Origin: Candidatus Falkowbacteria bacterium GW2011_GWF2_43_32
GTDB lineage: Bacteria > Patescibacteriota > Patescibacteriia > Patescibacteriales > UBA12465
Length of the DNA: 64,000 bases
Direction: 5' to 3'
Assembly (NCBI GenBank): GCA_000999715.1
Contig: LCGL01000002.1
Coordinates: forward strand, 26,136-90,135
The notes under the pieces are model-generated. The model had not been told where the DNA came from and made no database searches. It saw nothing but the letters and a program-made list of their open reading frames with translations. The position numbers were made by a program, and so were the translations under genes. Shown here in pieces: positions 26,637-35,531 of the stretch (positions are counted from its first letter, which is position 1; each line of letters starts with the position of its first letter).

Positions 26637-27188
26637 ATGAAAAATGTAATATATATGTTTATCGACGCATCCAATCTCTGGCAGGCTCAAAAAGCCAAGG
26701 GTAGATTTTTTAATTATAAAAAAATCGTTGAATACGTAAAGGGAAAGTTTCTGACCAAACAGGTCGAAGTCTTTTACTATTCCGCTTATCCCGCCAACGG
26801 AACGCGTCCTTATGATTTAGATGATCGGCATCAATTTTTTACTTTTTTAAAAAAGGGTTTAAAATTCAAGGTTAGAAAAAAGGAATTAAAAAGAATCAGG
26901 GTTGCCGATGAACATGGCAAATATCTCCGAGAAAAGGGAAATATGGATGTAGAAATAACTATTGATGCCATGTATTATTTTGAAAAGTATGATATAGCCG
27001 CTTTATTTACTGGCGATTCTGATTTTTTAGCTTTAGTCGCTCATTTGCGTATGGGTGGCAAGAAAGTGTACATATTTTCTTCAAAGAATAACATTTCCGA
27101 AGAATTGAGGACGGGTGCCGATGCTTATTTTGATATTTTGAAAATAAATGATGATATTTGGGGGCGAGAGTTAAGATATCGGGAATAA
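26637..27188 (+). CDS. NYN domain (LabA/DUF88-like) protein, putative RNase
   Basis: 183 aa with MFIDASNLW...GNMDVEITIDAM...FTGDSDFLALV, the Asp-containing motifs of NYN/LabA proteins. TATAAT at 26625-26630 lies 6 nt before the ATG, suggesting a leaderless mRNA. Confidence 0.75.
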   Translation: MKNVIYMFIDASNLWQAQKAKGRFFNYKKIVEYVKGKFLTKQVEVFYYSAYPANGTRPYDLDDRHQFFTFLKKGLKFKVRKKELKRIRVADEHGKYLREKGNMDVEITIDAMYYFEKYDIAALFTGDSDFLALVAHLRMGGKKVYIFSSKNNISEELRTGADAYFDILKINDDIWGRELRYRE

Positions 27189-27307
27189 AAAAATCACCCT
27201 CCGCCTGGAGGATGACCCTTGGATGTAAAACCCTTCCGGTTAATATAAACCGAAAGACACTATTATTATATATCGTTTTATTTTGATTGTCAATCCGAAT
27301 TTTGTCA

Positions 27308-27340
27308 GAACAGTTTTCCCGATTTCTTTATTCAATAAAT
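27308..27340 (+). repeat. 33-bp direct repeat, copy 2
   Basis: GAACAGTTTTCCCGATTTCTTTATTCAATAAAT; see copy 1. Confidence 0.85.
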
Positions 27341-27357
27341 GGGACAATTTTATTCAT

Positions 27358-27386
27358 TTGACTACATATCATATATGATATATAAT
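27358..27386 (+). promoter_or_regulatory. TA-operon promoter (TTGACT-17-TATAAT) with embedded perfect 16-bp palindrome ATATCATATATGATAT (27366-27381)
   Basis: Near-consensus hexamers with a 17-nt spacer. A palindrome filling the spacer is the classic arrangement of an antitoxin operator. Confidence 0.6.
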
Positions 27387-27398
27387 GAAAAATATAAA

Positions 27399-27746
27399 GT
27401 GAAGTTCTATCGGGATAGTCGAACGGGGAGGAGTCGGGTTTACGATTATATTGAAAGTTTAGACGAAAAATGTAATTCCAAGATTTATAAATATATAAAT
27501 TATTTGGTGGAAAATGGTGGCTATTTAGACGAGCCTTATAGTCGCCATATTCAAGGAAAAATTCGAGAATTAAGAGTCGATTTTTCTAATAATCATTACC
27601 GGATTTTTTATTTCACTTTTATCGGAAAGACCATTATTTTATTACATGCTTTTTTGAAGAAGACAGATAAAACTCCGATTAAAGAAATGAATATGGCTCT
27701 TAGTAATTATAATAAAATCATTAATAATCCTGAACTATATGAATAA
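27399..27746 (+). CDS. type II toxin, RelE/ParE superfamily (HigB / phage Gp49-like)
   Basis: (V)KFYRDSRTGRSRVYDYIESLDEK...IQGKIRELRVDFSNNHYRIFYFTFIGKTIILLHAFLKKTDKTPIKE matches the Gp49/HigB pattern. The GTG at 27399 was chosen because the ATGs at 27339 and 27375 lie upstream of or inside the promoter, so the start is uncertain. Confidence 0.65.
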   Translation: MKFYRDSRTGRSRVYDYIESLDEKCNSKIYKYINYLVENGGYLDEPYSRHIQGKIRELRVDFSNNHYRIFYFTFIGKTIILLHAFLKKTDKTPIKEMNMALSNYNKIINNPELYE

Positions 27747-28038
27747 TAAAAAGGATATAGGAAGAGCTATTGATTTCCATGAGGTTTTGGTTGAAAAATT
27801 AAAAAATCCAAGATTCAAGAAGCTTTACGATAAACATGGTCGTCAGCTGGAATTAGCTTATAGTCTTTTGCAATTGCGCAAAAAAAAGAAAATAAGCCAG
27901 GCTGCTTTAGCCGCTAAAATCGGTACGACGCAGAGCAATATCGCCCGCCTGGAAAGCGGTCGACAGAATTTTACTATTAGCTTTGTCAGTAAAGTGGCCG
28001 AGGCTCTGGGCTCGAGTTTGAAAATCAGTTTTCTTTGA
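27739..28038 (+). CDS. XRE-family HTH antitoxin (HigA-like)
   Basis: 99 aa overlapping the toxin gene by 8 nt. The HTH reads ISQAALAAKIGTTQSNIARLESGRQN. Confidence 0.75.
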   Translation: MNNKKDIGRAIDFHEVLVEKLKNPRFKKLYDKHGRQLELAYSLLQLRKKKKISQAALAAKIGTTQSNIARLESGRQNFTISFVSKVAEALGSSLKISFL

Positions 28039-28047
28039 TAAAGGGGT
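27997..28047 (+). repeat. 51-bp direct repeat, copy 1 (3' end of higA-like gene plus 9 nt)
   Basis: 48/51 nt identical to 35760-35810. Confidence 0.9.
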
Positions 28048-28107
28048 TATGTTATAATATTTTATAGCAGTTGTGATAGTATTTATAAACAAATTAACCG
28101 CACAATT

Positions 28108-31100
28108 ATGTTTAAAATCAACGCTCGTTACTTCAAAAAGCCAATGGTTTCGTTATTGGTTTTTTTATTTATTTTGAGCCCGCTTACTTCGGTTTTTGCC
28201 GAGAATGCTGTTATTTTAGTTGATCAGAATTTAGATATAACCGCTGTCGAAGTTTCCGTTTCGACCGTTAATGAAAAAAATGATGTTATAGCGATTGATG
28301 ATTCTGTAATTAACGAGGAGATAAAAGAATCGGTCGTGGAATTAACAATGGAAGCTGATGATTCGGCGCAGTCTGAATTTTTAACAAGTGAATCGCCTGT
28401 AGATACTAATGTTGTGATTAATCCCAGTACGGCTAAGCAATTATTGCCTAGCTCCGATCAAGTGAGCGGCGCGCTTATTTATGAATATTTAGTTTCTGTG
28501 CCGCCGGGTCGCAATGGACTGCAGCCGGATATTAAATTGACTTATAATAACCAAACCTCAGAAGAGGGCACGGAATTCGGCTTCGGTTGGGACATCAATA
28601 TTCCCTATATCCAAAGAGTGAATAAAAATGGTGTTGAAAAACTATATACTCAAAATTATTTCAATTCTTCTTTGGACGGTGAACTAGTATCCGCTGACAC
28701 AAATACCTGGATGGCTAAGACGGAAAATGGAGATTTTAGAACTTATATTTTTTCTAATAATCAATGGATAATGAAGGATAAAAACGGCACGCAGTATAAA
28801 TTCGGTTATACAGCGATTGCCAGACAAGATGATTCAAGCGATACTTCAAAAGTCTATAAATGGCTTTTAGAGGAAGTCCGGGATACGAACGATAATTATA
28901 TCAAATACGAATATTATAAAAATGCCGGCCAAATATACCCTTATCGGATTACTTATACTGGCAACGGCACGACAGATGGTATATTTCAAATTGAATTTTT
29001 AAAAGAAAGCCGTGATGACGCAATTACCAATAATCGTCCAGGATTCAGTGTAACGACATTTTATCGTATTTACGAGATTGACATAAAAGTCAACGGTAGC
29101 TTAACTCATAGATATGGTCTAGATTATAGCGATAATAATGGTTCTCGCTCTTTGCTGTTTTCAATTACTGAAACTGGCATTGATGATCTCGGGAATTCCG
29201 TTATTTTACCCGATACTACTTTTGAATATCAGGAAGAAACCCCGGGCTGGACTTTTGCCTGGACAACCCCTGTTTATCCGGTAAGTCCTTTTGTGATAGA
29301 TTACGCTAATGATAGAATAGTGGATGTAAATGGTGATGGTTTTCTTGATATGTTATCTACTAGAGACGACACGACCAGAACTTATATAAACAACGGTGAC
29401 AGTTGGGTTTTTAATAATGATTGGGAGGTCCCTAATTTTCGTCCCGATCAGGGGAGAATTAAATTGAGTAGCGGTAATAGTTTTGTAGTTGATATTAATG
29501 GTGATGCTTTAGCTGACATTATTTATGGAGGAGAGTCGATATATATTAATCAGGGATTGGGTTGGGTTTATGACGATTCTTGGGAAATACCGGCACTAAT
29601 GAATGTTATGGATTATAATTTGGATAAGTTAGCCGATGTTAATGGCGACGGATTAATTGATATTGTTTCTACTCGACATGGATATACTAACGATTACACT
29701 ACCTTTTATATTAATAATGGTTCAGGTTGGGATTATGATCAACAACTGGAAACTCCTTTTGTAGAGGGCGTAGGGCATTTTTCGGTAGGAGGGGTTAATG
29801 CTCAACTAGTTGATATTAATGGTGATAGCTTAGTGGATATAGTTTATAATTCTGACATTTTTATCAATCAGGGTCATAGTTGGATTTATGATGATTCTTG
29901 GGAAATACCGGCGCTAATGAATGGCGTATATTATAATCTTGATAGATTTATTGATGTTAATGGTGACGGATTGATTGATATTGTTTCTACTCGACATGGA
30001 TATACTAACGATTATACTAGCTTTTATATTAATAACGGTTCAGGCTGGGATTATGATGATTCTTGGCAAACACCCAGTCAAATAGCTCTAAGCAATAGCT
30101 ATTTTAATGGGTTAGTTGATGTTAATGGCGATGGAATAACTGATTTAATTTATAGTTCTTCCGTTTATGTTAATAACGGAGATAAGGTTGATTTATTAAC
30201 CACTATTAACAACAACAAAGGCGGCTTTACCGACATAATCTATAAAACTACGCCTCAATATCGCTCCGGCTCCACACAGTTGAATCCGAAACTGCCGTTT
30301 GTTTTAGATACTGTTTATCAATTAGTAACTAATGACGGTGCAAACAATATTGTTACTAAAACCTATAGTTACGAAGGTGGCCAATATTATTTTAATACGT
30401 ATATTGATCGTAAGTTTGCCGGATTCAATAAAGTGATAACGACTGATGCGGTCGGCAATACTACTAAATTATTTTTTCATCAAGGAGATGCCTCAGATTC
30501 CTCTCAGGGCGAATATAACGATGATGCTTTTAAGATCGGCAAGATTTATCGCACGGAAGTGGCCGATAGCACCGGTAATATTTACAGTAAAAGTATCAAT
30601 AAATGGGATGACTATGATTTAGGAAATGGTAATAAATTCGTTAAGTTGGCGCAGACCTTGGAGATGACTTATGACGGAAATTCCACCCACAAGGATAAAG
30701 CGGAAACCTATAGTTATGATAACGCCAATGGTAATTTAACTCAAAAAATAGAACTAGGCGAAGTTATTGGCAATAATGACGGTGTTTATACCGATATCGG
30801 CACGGATGATTTTATGACCACGATTTCCTATGTTTCTAATACCGGTGCCAATATTTTAGGCCTGCCTTCGCAACAAACAGTCGTCGATCATAATTTTAAT
30901 AAAGTTAAAGAAACAAAATATTATTATGACGCCCAAGCTTTGGGTGGTGTCATAAAAGGCAATCTGACCAAACAAGAAGACTGGAAATCGGGAACCGCCT
31001 ATGTTAATGCCCGGAAGACCTATGATGGCGTTTATGGCCTGGTAACGATGGCTACTGATCCGAGGGGCAAGACTACGCGCTATATTTATGATTCATATCA

Positions 31101-34014
31101 TCTATATCCGGCGACGATTACAAATGCGTTAAATCAATCAACGCAATACACTTATGACTATTCGTCGGGCAAGGTTAAGCGAATAACCGACCCCAATAGT
31201 CGTATTTTTGAAAATGTTTATGATGGTCTAGATCGTTTGATTATTGAAAAACAGCCTGATATTACCGATCCCGCAACGCTTGTTGCCAAGACTGAATATA
31301 TTTATACCGATACCCCTAATGCCGTAAATATTCATAGAACCGATAATTTGGATTCTTTGATTTCTCGCGAGACGTACCAATATTTTGATGGTTTGAGTCG
31401 TTTGATACAAGAAAGAAGAGAGGCGGAGGGGAGTAATTATCAAATAAAAGATATTATTTATAATAACCGCGATTTAGTAAGTAAAGAATCCTTGGATTAT
31501 TTTTCCGTCGGTTCCGGTAAAACGACTCCGACAACGGCAACGGCGCTTTATAATAATTACACTTATGATCCCTTGTCTAGAATTGTTTCAACCGCGAATG
31601 CGGTCGGTACGACAATCAACGTTTATGACGATTGGAAATTAAGCATTACAGACGTTAATGGTAAAATTAAAGATTTATATCGAGATGCTTATAATAATCT
31701 CGTTCGGGTCGGCGAGCATCATAGCGCCAGTATTTACACTACCATTTATCAGTATAATTATTTAGGAAATCTTGTAAAAATTACCGATGCTTCTAACAAT
31801 ATTCGTAACTTTACCTATGATGGTTTGGGGCGAAGATTGACGGCTCAAGATTTGCATAGTGTTCCGGATGTTACTTTCGGGACATGGGGTTATAGTTATG
31901 ACGATGCCGGCAATTTAATATCATCCACGAATCCCAATGGTCAGACCGTTGCTTACACCTACGATAATCTCAATCGGCGTTTTATGGAGGATTATATCAC
32001 TCAAGTCGGAACGGAAATATATTACATTTATGATTCCGGCGTTGACGGTATCGGTCAATTAACCGGCGTCATCACCGGCGGATTAACGCAAACTAATATA
32101 TATAACCCGTTAGGTTTATTAAAGCATGAAATAAAAACCATCAATTCTACGAGTTATCAAACGGATTATGAATATGATCGTCAGGGAAATCAGACTATCA
32201 TTACCGATCCAAGCGGGTTTAAGGTTAAATATAATTATAATTCTGCCGGTTTATTAAATTCTATACAGAAAAAAGAGGTTAATGATAGCATTTATCTTAA
32301 TGTCATTCATAATTTTAATTATTCTCCGTTAGAACAACCGACGACTATTTATTATGCAAATGGCGCCGTGACCGCGAACACTTATGATGCGACCAAACTT
32401 TATCGGATGAGCAACAAGGTAACGACTGTCGGCGGCGGCTCTTATGCTCAGCGGTTAGCTTATACCTTTGACAATATCGGCAACATTACTCGTATTGTAG
32501 ACAGTTCGGCAAGCAGTACGGCTAAGACCGCTAATTATGTTTATGATGATTTACATCGCCTGACTCAGGCGGCAATAACCAATGTCGCTGTCGGACAGGC
32601 TCCTTATACCGAAAATTATTCCTATAATCCTATTGGTAATATTATATTCAAAACTGGTCAAAATCTTTATGTCTATGCCGGCAATCAGGGAACCAGTTAT
32701 GCCAATCCGCACGCGGTGACCAACATAGATAATATTAACTATACTTACGATCGCAACGGTAATTTAATATTCGATTCGTTTTGGGCATACTCTTGGGATT
32801 ATCGTAATCGTTTAATCCAAGCCACTAAGGGCACAACCACTATCAGATACGGCTATGATCAGAATGATAACCGAATTTGGGTTAATAACGGTTTAACCAT
32901 AACTACTTATCCCACCAAATACTATAATATTACCTCTACCGGGACGACCACAAAGCATATTTTCGCCGGTAGCGAGTTAATGGCCACTATTGAAGGAACG
33001 GGAGCGACTGCCACAAAACATTATATTCACTCCGATCATTTGGGCGGTTCCGGCGTTGTTACCAATTCCGCCAATGCCGTAGAAGAGTTGATTGATTATT
33101 ATCCTTTCGGTGATATTCGTTTTGACCGAAAAATCGGCTCTTTTAACGAACAACGGAAATTTACGGGGCATGAATATGACGTCGAGACAGGACTTAATTA
33201 TATGATGGCGAGATATCAGAATGGAACTATTGGAAGATTTTTGAGTCAGGATCCGGGTACACGAGATAATCCGACGTCGTTTTTGAAGGACCCACAACAA
33301 TTGAATTATTATAGTTATGCGAGAAATAATCCGCTAATCGCTAAAGATCCGAACGGAAAATGGATTCAGTATGTTGTTGGACAAAATAATGCAGTTTCCT
33401 TAGGAAACTGGGCAAACAATCAATATCAAAATAGTTCCGCAGCAAGATTTACTATGGATCATCCATATGTCCCAGCAATAGCTGGCGCAGCTCCTTTGGC
33501 CATATATGGAGTTGGTAGTTTATCTGCAGAAGCGTTAACTCCACTTGTCGGATCAACTTTGGCCAGCAAAGCTTCTCTTGGAGGGACTGCCGGTGCTGCC
33601 GGAGGAATTATATCCCAATTCTTTAATGATATCTCTAAGCAGCAAGTTTCTAGCCCGAACGAGTACGCCGCGAGTGCAGCTAAAGGCGCGATAATTGGAG
33701 CTGGTAGTGAATTTGGCCCTTTCGCGGCCGGGGCCGCTGGGACATTGTCATATATTGCGGAAACCGTTGCTAAGGGCGAATCATTGAACGCTGGAGAGGC
33801 AATATATGAAGGCGGGTTAAGCGCACTGGCAACAACAGCTGTTAAGAATGGAGCTAAAGTCATGGGTATTAATTCAGTCCCAGGCCGATATCCCCAACCT
33901 TTCTCCACTTCGTTTATTACAGGTAGCCATGCGATACAAAATTACGGGAAAGAGGCAGCTTCAAGTGTCTTCCAGGGAGCAATCAATGCTGTAAAAAATA
34001 TGGTTACAAAATAA
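28108..34014 (+). CDS. RHS/YD-repeat polymorphic toxin with Sec signal, SpvB-like N-domain, FG-GAP/VCBS repeats, RHS shell and Gly/Ala-zipper C-terminal toxin tip
   Basis: 1968 aa. A signal peptide (PMVSLLVFLFILSPLTSVFAENA) is followed by an SpvB-type segment (VSVPPGRNGLQPDIKLTYNNQ...FGFGWDINIPYIQR). D(V/I)NGDG repeats and many YD repeats (YxYDxxGNL/RL) follow. The core ends with YYSYARNNPLIAKDPNGKW (D at 33346). The last ~217 aa are Gly/Ala-rich and hydrophobic. An extended -10 TGTTATAAT lies at 28050-28058. Confidence 0.9.
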   Translation: MFKINARYFKKPMVSLLVFLFILSPLTSVFAENAVILVDQNLDITAVEVSVSTVNEKNDVIAIDDSVINEEIKESVVELTMEADDSAQSEFLTSESPVDTNVVINPSTAKQLLPSSDQVSGALIYEYLVSVPPGRNGLQPDIKLTYNNQTSEEGTEFGFGWDINIPYIQRVNKNGVEKLYTQNYFNSSLDGELVSADTNTWMAKTENGDFRTYIFSNNQWIMKDKNGTQYKFGYTAIARQDDSSDTSKVYKWLLEEVRDTNDNYIKYEYYKNAGQIYPYRITYTGNGTTDGIFQIEFLKESRDDAITNNRPGFSVTTFYRIYEIDIKVNGSLTHRYGLDYSDNNGSRSLLFSITETGIDDLGNSVILPDTTFEYQEETPGWTFAWTTPVYPVSPFVIDYANDRIVDVNGDGFLDMLSTRDDTTRTYINNGDSWVFNNDWEVPNFRPDQGRIKLSSGNSFVVDINGDALADIIYGGESIYINQGLGWVYDDSWEIPALMNVMDYNLDKLADVNGDGLIDIVSTRHGYTNDYTTFYINNGSGWDYDQQLETPFVEGVGHFSVGGVNAQLVDINGDSLVDIVYNSDIFINQGHSWIYDDSWEIPALMNGVYYNLDRFIDVNGDGLIDIVSTRHGYTNDYTSFYINNGSGWDYDDSWQTPSQIALSNSYFNGLVDVNGDGITDLIYSSSVYVNNGDKVDLLTTINNNKGGFTDIIYKTTPQYRSGSTQLNPKLPFVLDTVYQLVTNDGANNIVTKTYSYEGGQYYFNTYIDRKFAGFNKVITTDAVGNTTKLFFHQGDASDSSQGEYNDDAFKIGKIYRTEVADSTGNIYSKSINKWDDYDLGNGNKFVKLAQTLEMTYDGNSTHKDKAETYSYDNANGNLTQKIELGEVIGNNDGVYTDIGTDDFMTTISYVSNTGANILGLPSQQTVVDHNFNKVKETKYYYDAQALGGVIKGNLTKQEDWKSGTAYVNARKTYDGVYGLVTMATDPRGKTTRYIYDSYHLYPATITNALNQSTQYTYDYSSGKVKRITDPNSRIFENVYDGLDRLIIEKQPDITDPATLVAKTEYIYTDTPNAVNIHRTDNLDSLISRETYQYFDGLSRLIQERREAEGSNYQIKDIIYNNRDLVSKESLDYFSVGSGKTTPTTATALYNNYTYDPLSRIVSTANAVGTTINVYDDWKLSITDVNGKIKDLYRDAYNNLVRVGEHHSASIYTTIYQYNYLGNLVKITDASNNIRNFTYDGLGRRLTAQDLHSVPDVTFGTWGYSYDDAGNLISSTNPNGQTVAYTYDNLNRRFMEDYITQVGTEIYYIYDSGVDGIGQLTGVITGGLTQTNIYNPLGLLKHEIKTINSTSYQTDYEYDRQGNQTIITDPSGFKVKYNYNSAGLLNSIQKKEVNDSIYLNVIHNFNYSPLEQPTTIYYANGAVTANTYDATKLYRMSNKVTTVGGGSYAQRLAYTFDNIGNITRIVDSSASSTAKTANYVYDDLHRLTQAAITNVAVGQAPYTENYSYNPIGNIIFKTGQNLYVYAGNQGTSYANPHAVTNIDNINYTYDRNGNLIFDSFWAYSWDYRNRLIQATKGTTTIRYGYDQNDNRIWVNNGLTITTYPTKYYNITSTGTTTKHIFAGSELMATIEGTGATATKHYIHSDHLGGSGVVTNSANAVEELIDYYPFGDIRFDRKIGSFNEQRKFTGHEYDVETGLNYMMARYQNGTIGRFLSQDPGTRDNPTSFLKDPQQLNYYSYARNNPLIAKDPNGKWIQYVVGQNNAVSLGNWANNQYQNSSAARFTMDHPYVPAIAGAAPLAIYGVGSLSAEALTPLVGSTLASKASLGGTAGAAGGIISQFFNDISKQQVSSPNEYAASAAKGAIIGAGSEFGPFAAGAAGTLSYIAETVAKGESLNAGEAIYEGGLSALATTAVKNGAKVMGINSVPGRYPQPFSTSFITGSHAIQNYGKEAASSVFQGAINAVKNMVTK
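29545..30180 (+). repeat. 318-bp in-frame tandem duplication inside the RHS gene (FG-GAP/VCBS region)
   Basis: INQGLGWVYDDSWEIPALMN..DVNGDGLIDIVSTRHGYTNDYTTFYINNGSGWDYD (from 29545) is repeated from 29863 with few changes at both the nt and aa level. Confidence 0.8.
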
Positions 34015-34019
34015 AATCT

Positions 34020-34469
34020 ATGACAACCTATCATGTAAATAGAAAAATGTTATTTGCTATTTGGTTCGTGGTTAGTCTTGGAATAATAGGTTTATCTTTA
34101 TTTTCGTATTTTGGTAATTTAAGCGGAGACATCTCTTCTCTTTTTAAAGCAATATTGCTAGGATCAGGTGGCTGGCTAATATTTTCATTATTGATATATA
34201 TTTTTGTGAATATAAAAATTGATAATGACATTTTAGTTTATAAAACCGTATGGACAAAAAAGATAAAGATTAAAGAGATAACTCATATTTGTAGGACATC
34301 ACGTCCGAAACCCTTTGATAAAATGTACGAATCTTTAACTGTGTTTGTTCAAAAAAATGACCAAATAAAAGAATATGAAATTAATTTGAACTATTTCGAT
34401 AAAAAAGATATTGAGGACCTATTAAAAAGGTTGAAAAAATTGAATCATAATATTCATTTTGAAATATAA
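34020..34469 (+). CDS. putative cognate immunity protein (two TM helices plus soluble C-terminal domain)
   Basis: 149 aa starting 5 nt after the RHS stop. It has two hydrophobic helices (LFAIWFVVSLGIIGLSLF, GWLIFSLLIYIFV). The role is assigned by position. Confidence 0.5.
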   Translation: MTTYHVNRKMLFAIWFVVSLGIIGLSLFSYFGNLSGDISSLFKAILLGSGGWLIFSLLIYIFVNIKIDNDILVYKTVWTKKIKIKEITHICRTSRPKPFDKMYESLTVFVQKNDQIKEYEINLNYFDKKDIEDLLKRLKKLNHNIHFEI

Positions 34470-34541
34470 TCATAGCAATAATCCAAGTTGGAAAATAATA
34501 AAAGATAATGTGCAGAAATTTAAAATAGGAGTCTATAAAAC

Positions 34542-34811
34542 ATGGAGAAGTTTTTAGTGTTGGCTGAATTTGGTTGGACTGGGTATTTATATGCTGTTGT
34601 TATAAGACATAATAATTTATTTGATTATACTGTCTTTGGAAATTTGTTAGTATTATTATTTCCATTCATAGGACCATTTATTCGATATTTTCTTTATTAC
34701 GAAGTAGGGGAGGGTAATCTTATTTTTAACTACTTTTTTATAAAAATAGTACTCCCATTAAAAAGCTTGTATTCTTGTCTTATGAACAGCGTCCAGAGAA
34801 ATTCTATTTGA
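34542..34811 (+). CDS. small membrane protein (possible orphan immunity gene)
   Basis: 89 aa and hydrophobic, with AGGAG 10 nt upstream. It lies in the AT-rich immunity array. Confidence 0.4.
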   Translation: MEKFLVLAEFGWTGYLYAVVIRHNNLFDYTVFGNLLVLLFPFIGPFIRYFLYYEVGEGNLIFNYFFIKIVLPLKSLYSCLMNSVQRNSI

Positions 34812-34951
34812 CAATAAATTTAAGATTTTTATAGAGAAGCAAAAAAATCTCCATAAAAAAGCGCCTAGTACTATTTTGGGTTGGGTTTGGTTTACTATTC
34901 GTTGGTGCGGTGTAACTGCGATGTTGAATATTGGTGTGCTTGAATTAATTA

Positions 34952-34960
34952 GGGGGGGGG
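34952..34960 (+). repeat. G9 homopolymer tract
   Basis: Nine consecutive G in an otherwise very AT-rich intergenic stretch, 6 nt upstream of a short ATG-initiated ORF (34967). Confidence 0.9.
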
Positions 34961-35002
34961 ATAGCATGATTGATACACAAATAAAAATAAAACTCTGGGA
35001 CG

Positions 35003-35494
35003 ATGACGATATGTGGTATAATGGAAATGATAAAAAATAATATGAAGAAAATTAAATATAACGAAGGTGATTGGTTTGAAATTAAATTAAAAAGTGGTAA
35101 ATATTTTTTGGGCCGCATTGCTAGAACAAGCAAAAAACCAGGAGAAATTTTAGGATATTTTTTTGGTCCCAGTAAAATCAGCTATACAAATAAGAATTTA
35201 AAGGGGTTTAATGCTTCAAATACCCGTGCAATATATATACATGGGCATTTGAATATAATAAATGGAAAATGGAAATTAATTAAAAATAATGATAACTGGA
35301 AAAGGAATGAGTGGCCAATATCGGTCTTTGTTCGTCATGAAGATTTCACTGAAAGATATTGGAGAGTAGAATATACTGATGATATTTATAGTCCATCATC
35401 TGAAACTAGGATATCTAAAAAAGAAGCTGAAGGATTACAAGATAATTCACTTTATGGAGTAGACGCAGTGGAGGTAGTGCTTGAAAAAATTTAA
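35003..35494 (+). CDS. cytoplasmic protein, possible orphan immunity protein
   Basis: 163-aa ORF with ambiguous start (ATGs at 35003, 35021 and 35042). The sequence KYNEGDWFEIKLKSGKYFLGRIA..ILGYFF is reminiscent of small immunity families in polymorphic-toxin loci. The call is by context only. Confidence 0.4.
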   Translation: MTICGIMEMIKNNMKKIKYNEGDWFEIKLKSGKYFLGRIARTSKKPGEILGYFFGPSKISYTNKNLKGFNASNTRAIYIHGHLNIINGKWKLIKNNDNWKRNEWPISVFVRHEDFTERYWRVEYTDDIYSPSSETRISKKEAEGLQDNSLYGVDAVEVVLEKI

Positions 35495-35531
35495 TTAGCA
35501 TCTTTGATAGATTAAATCTCTTGAATAATCT

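Noticed and set aside
27358-28038. higBA-like module as a novel system
   Set aside because: It is a canonical toxin-first Gp49/HigB + XRE antitoxin pair with a palindromic operator. It is ordinary in itself and interesting only as the recombination anchor of the island.
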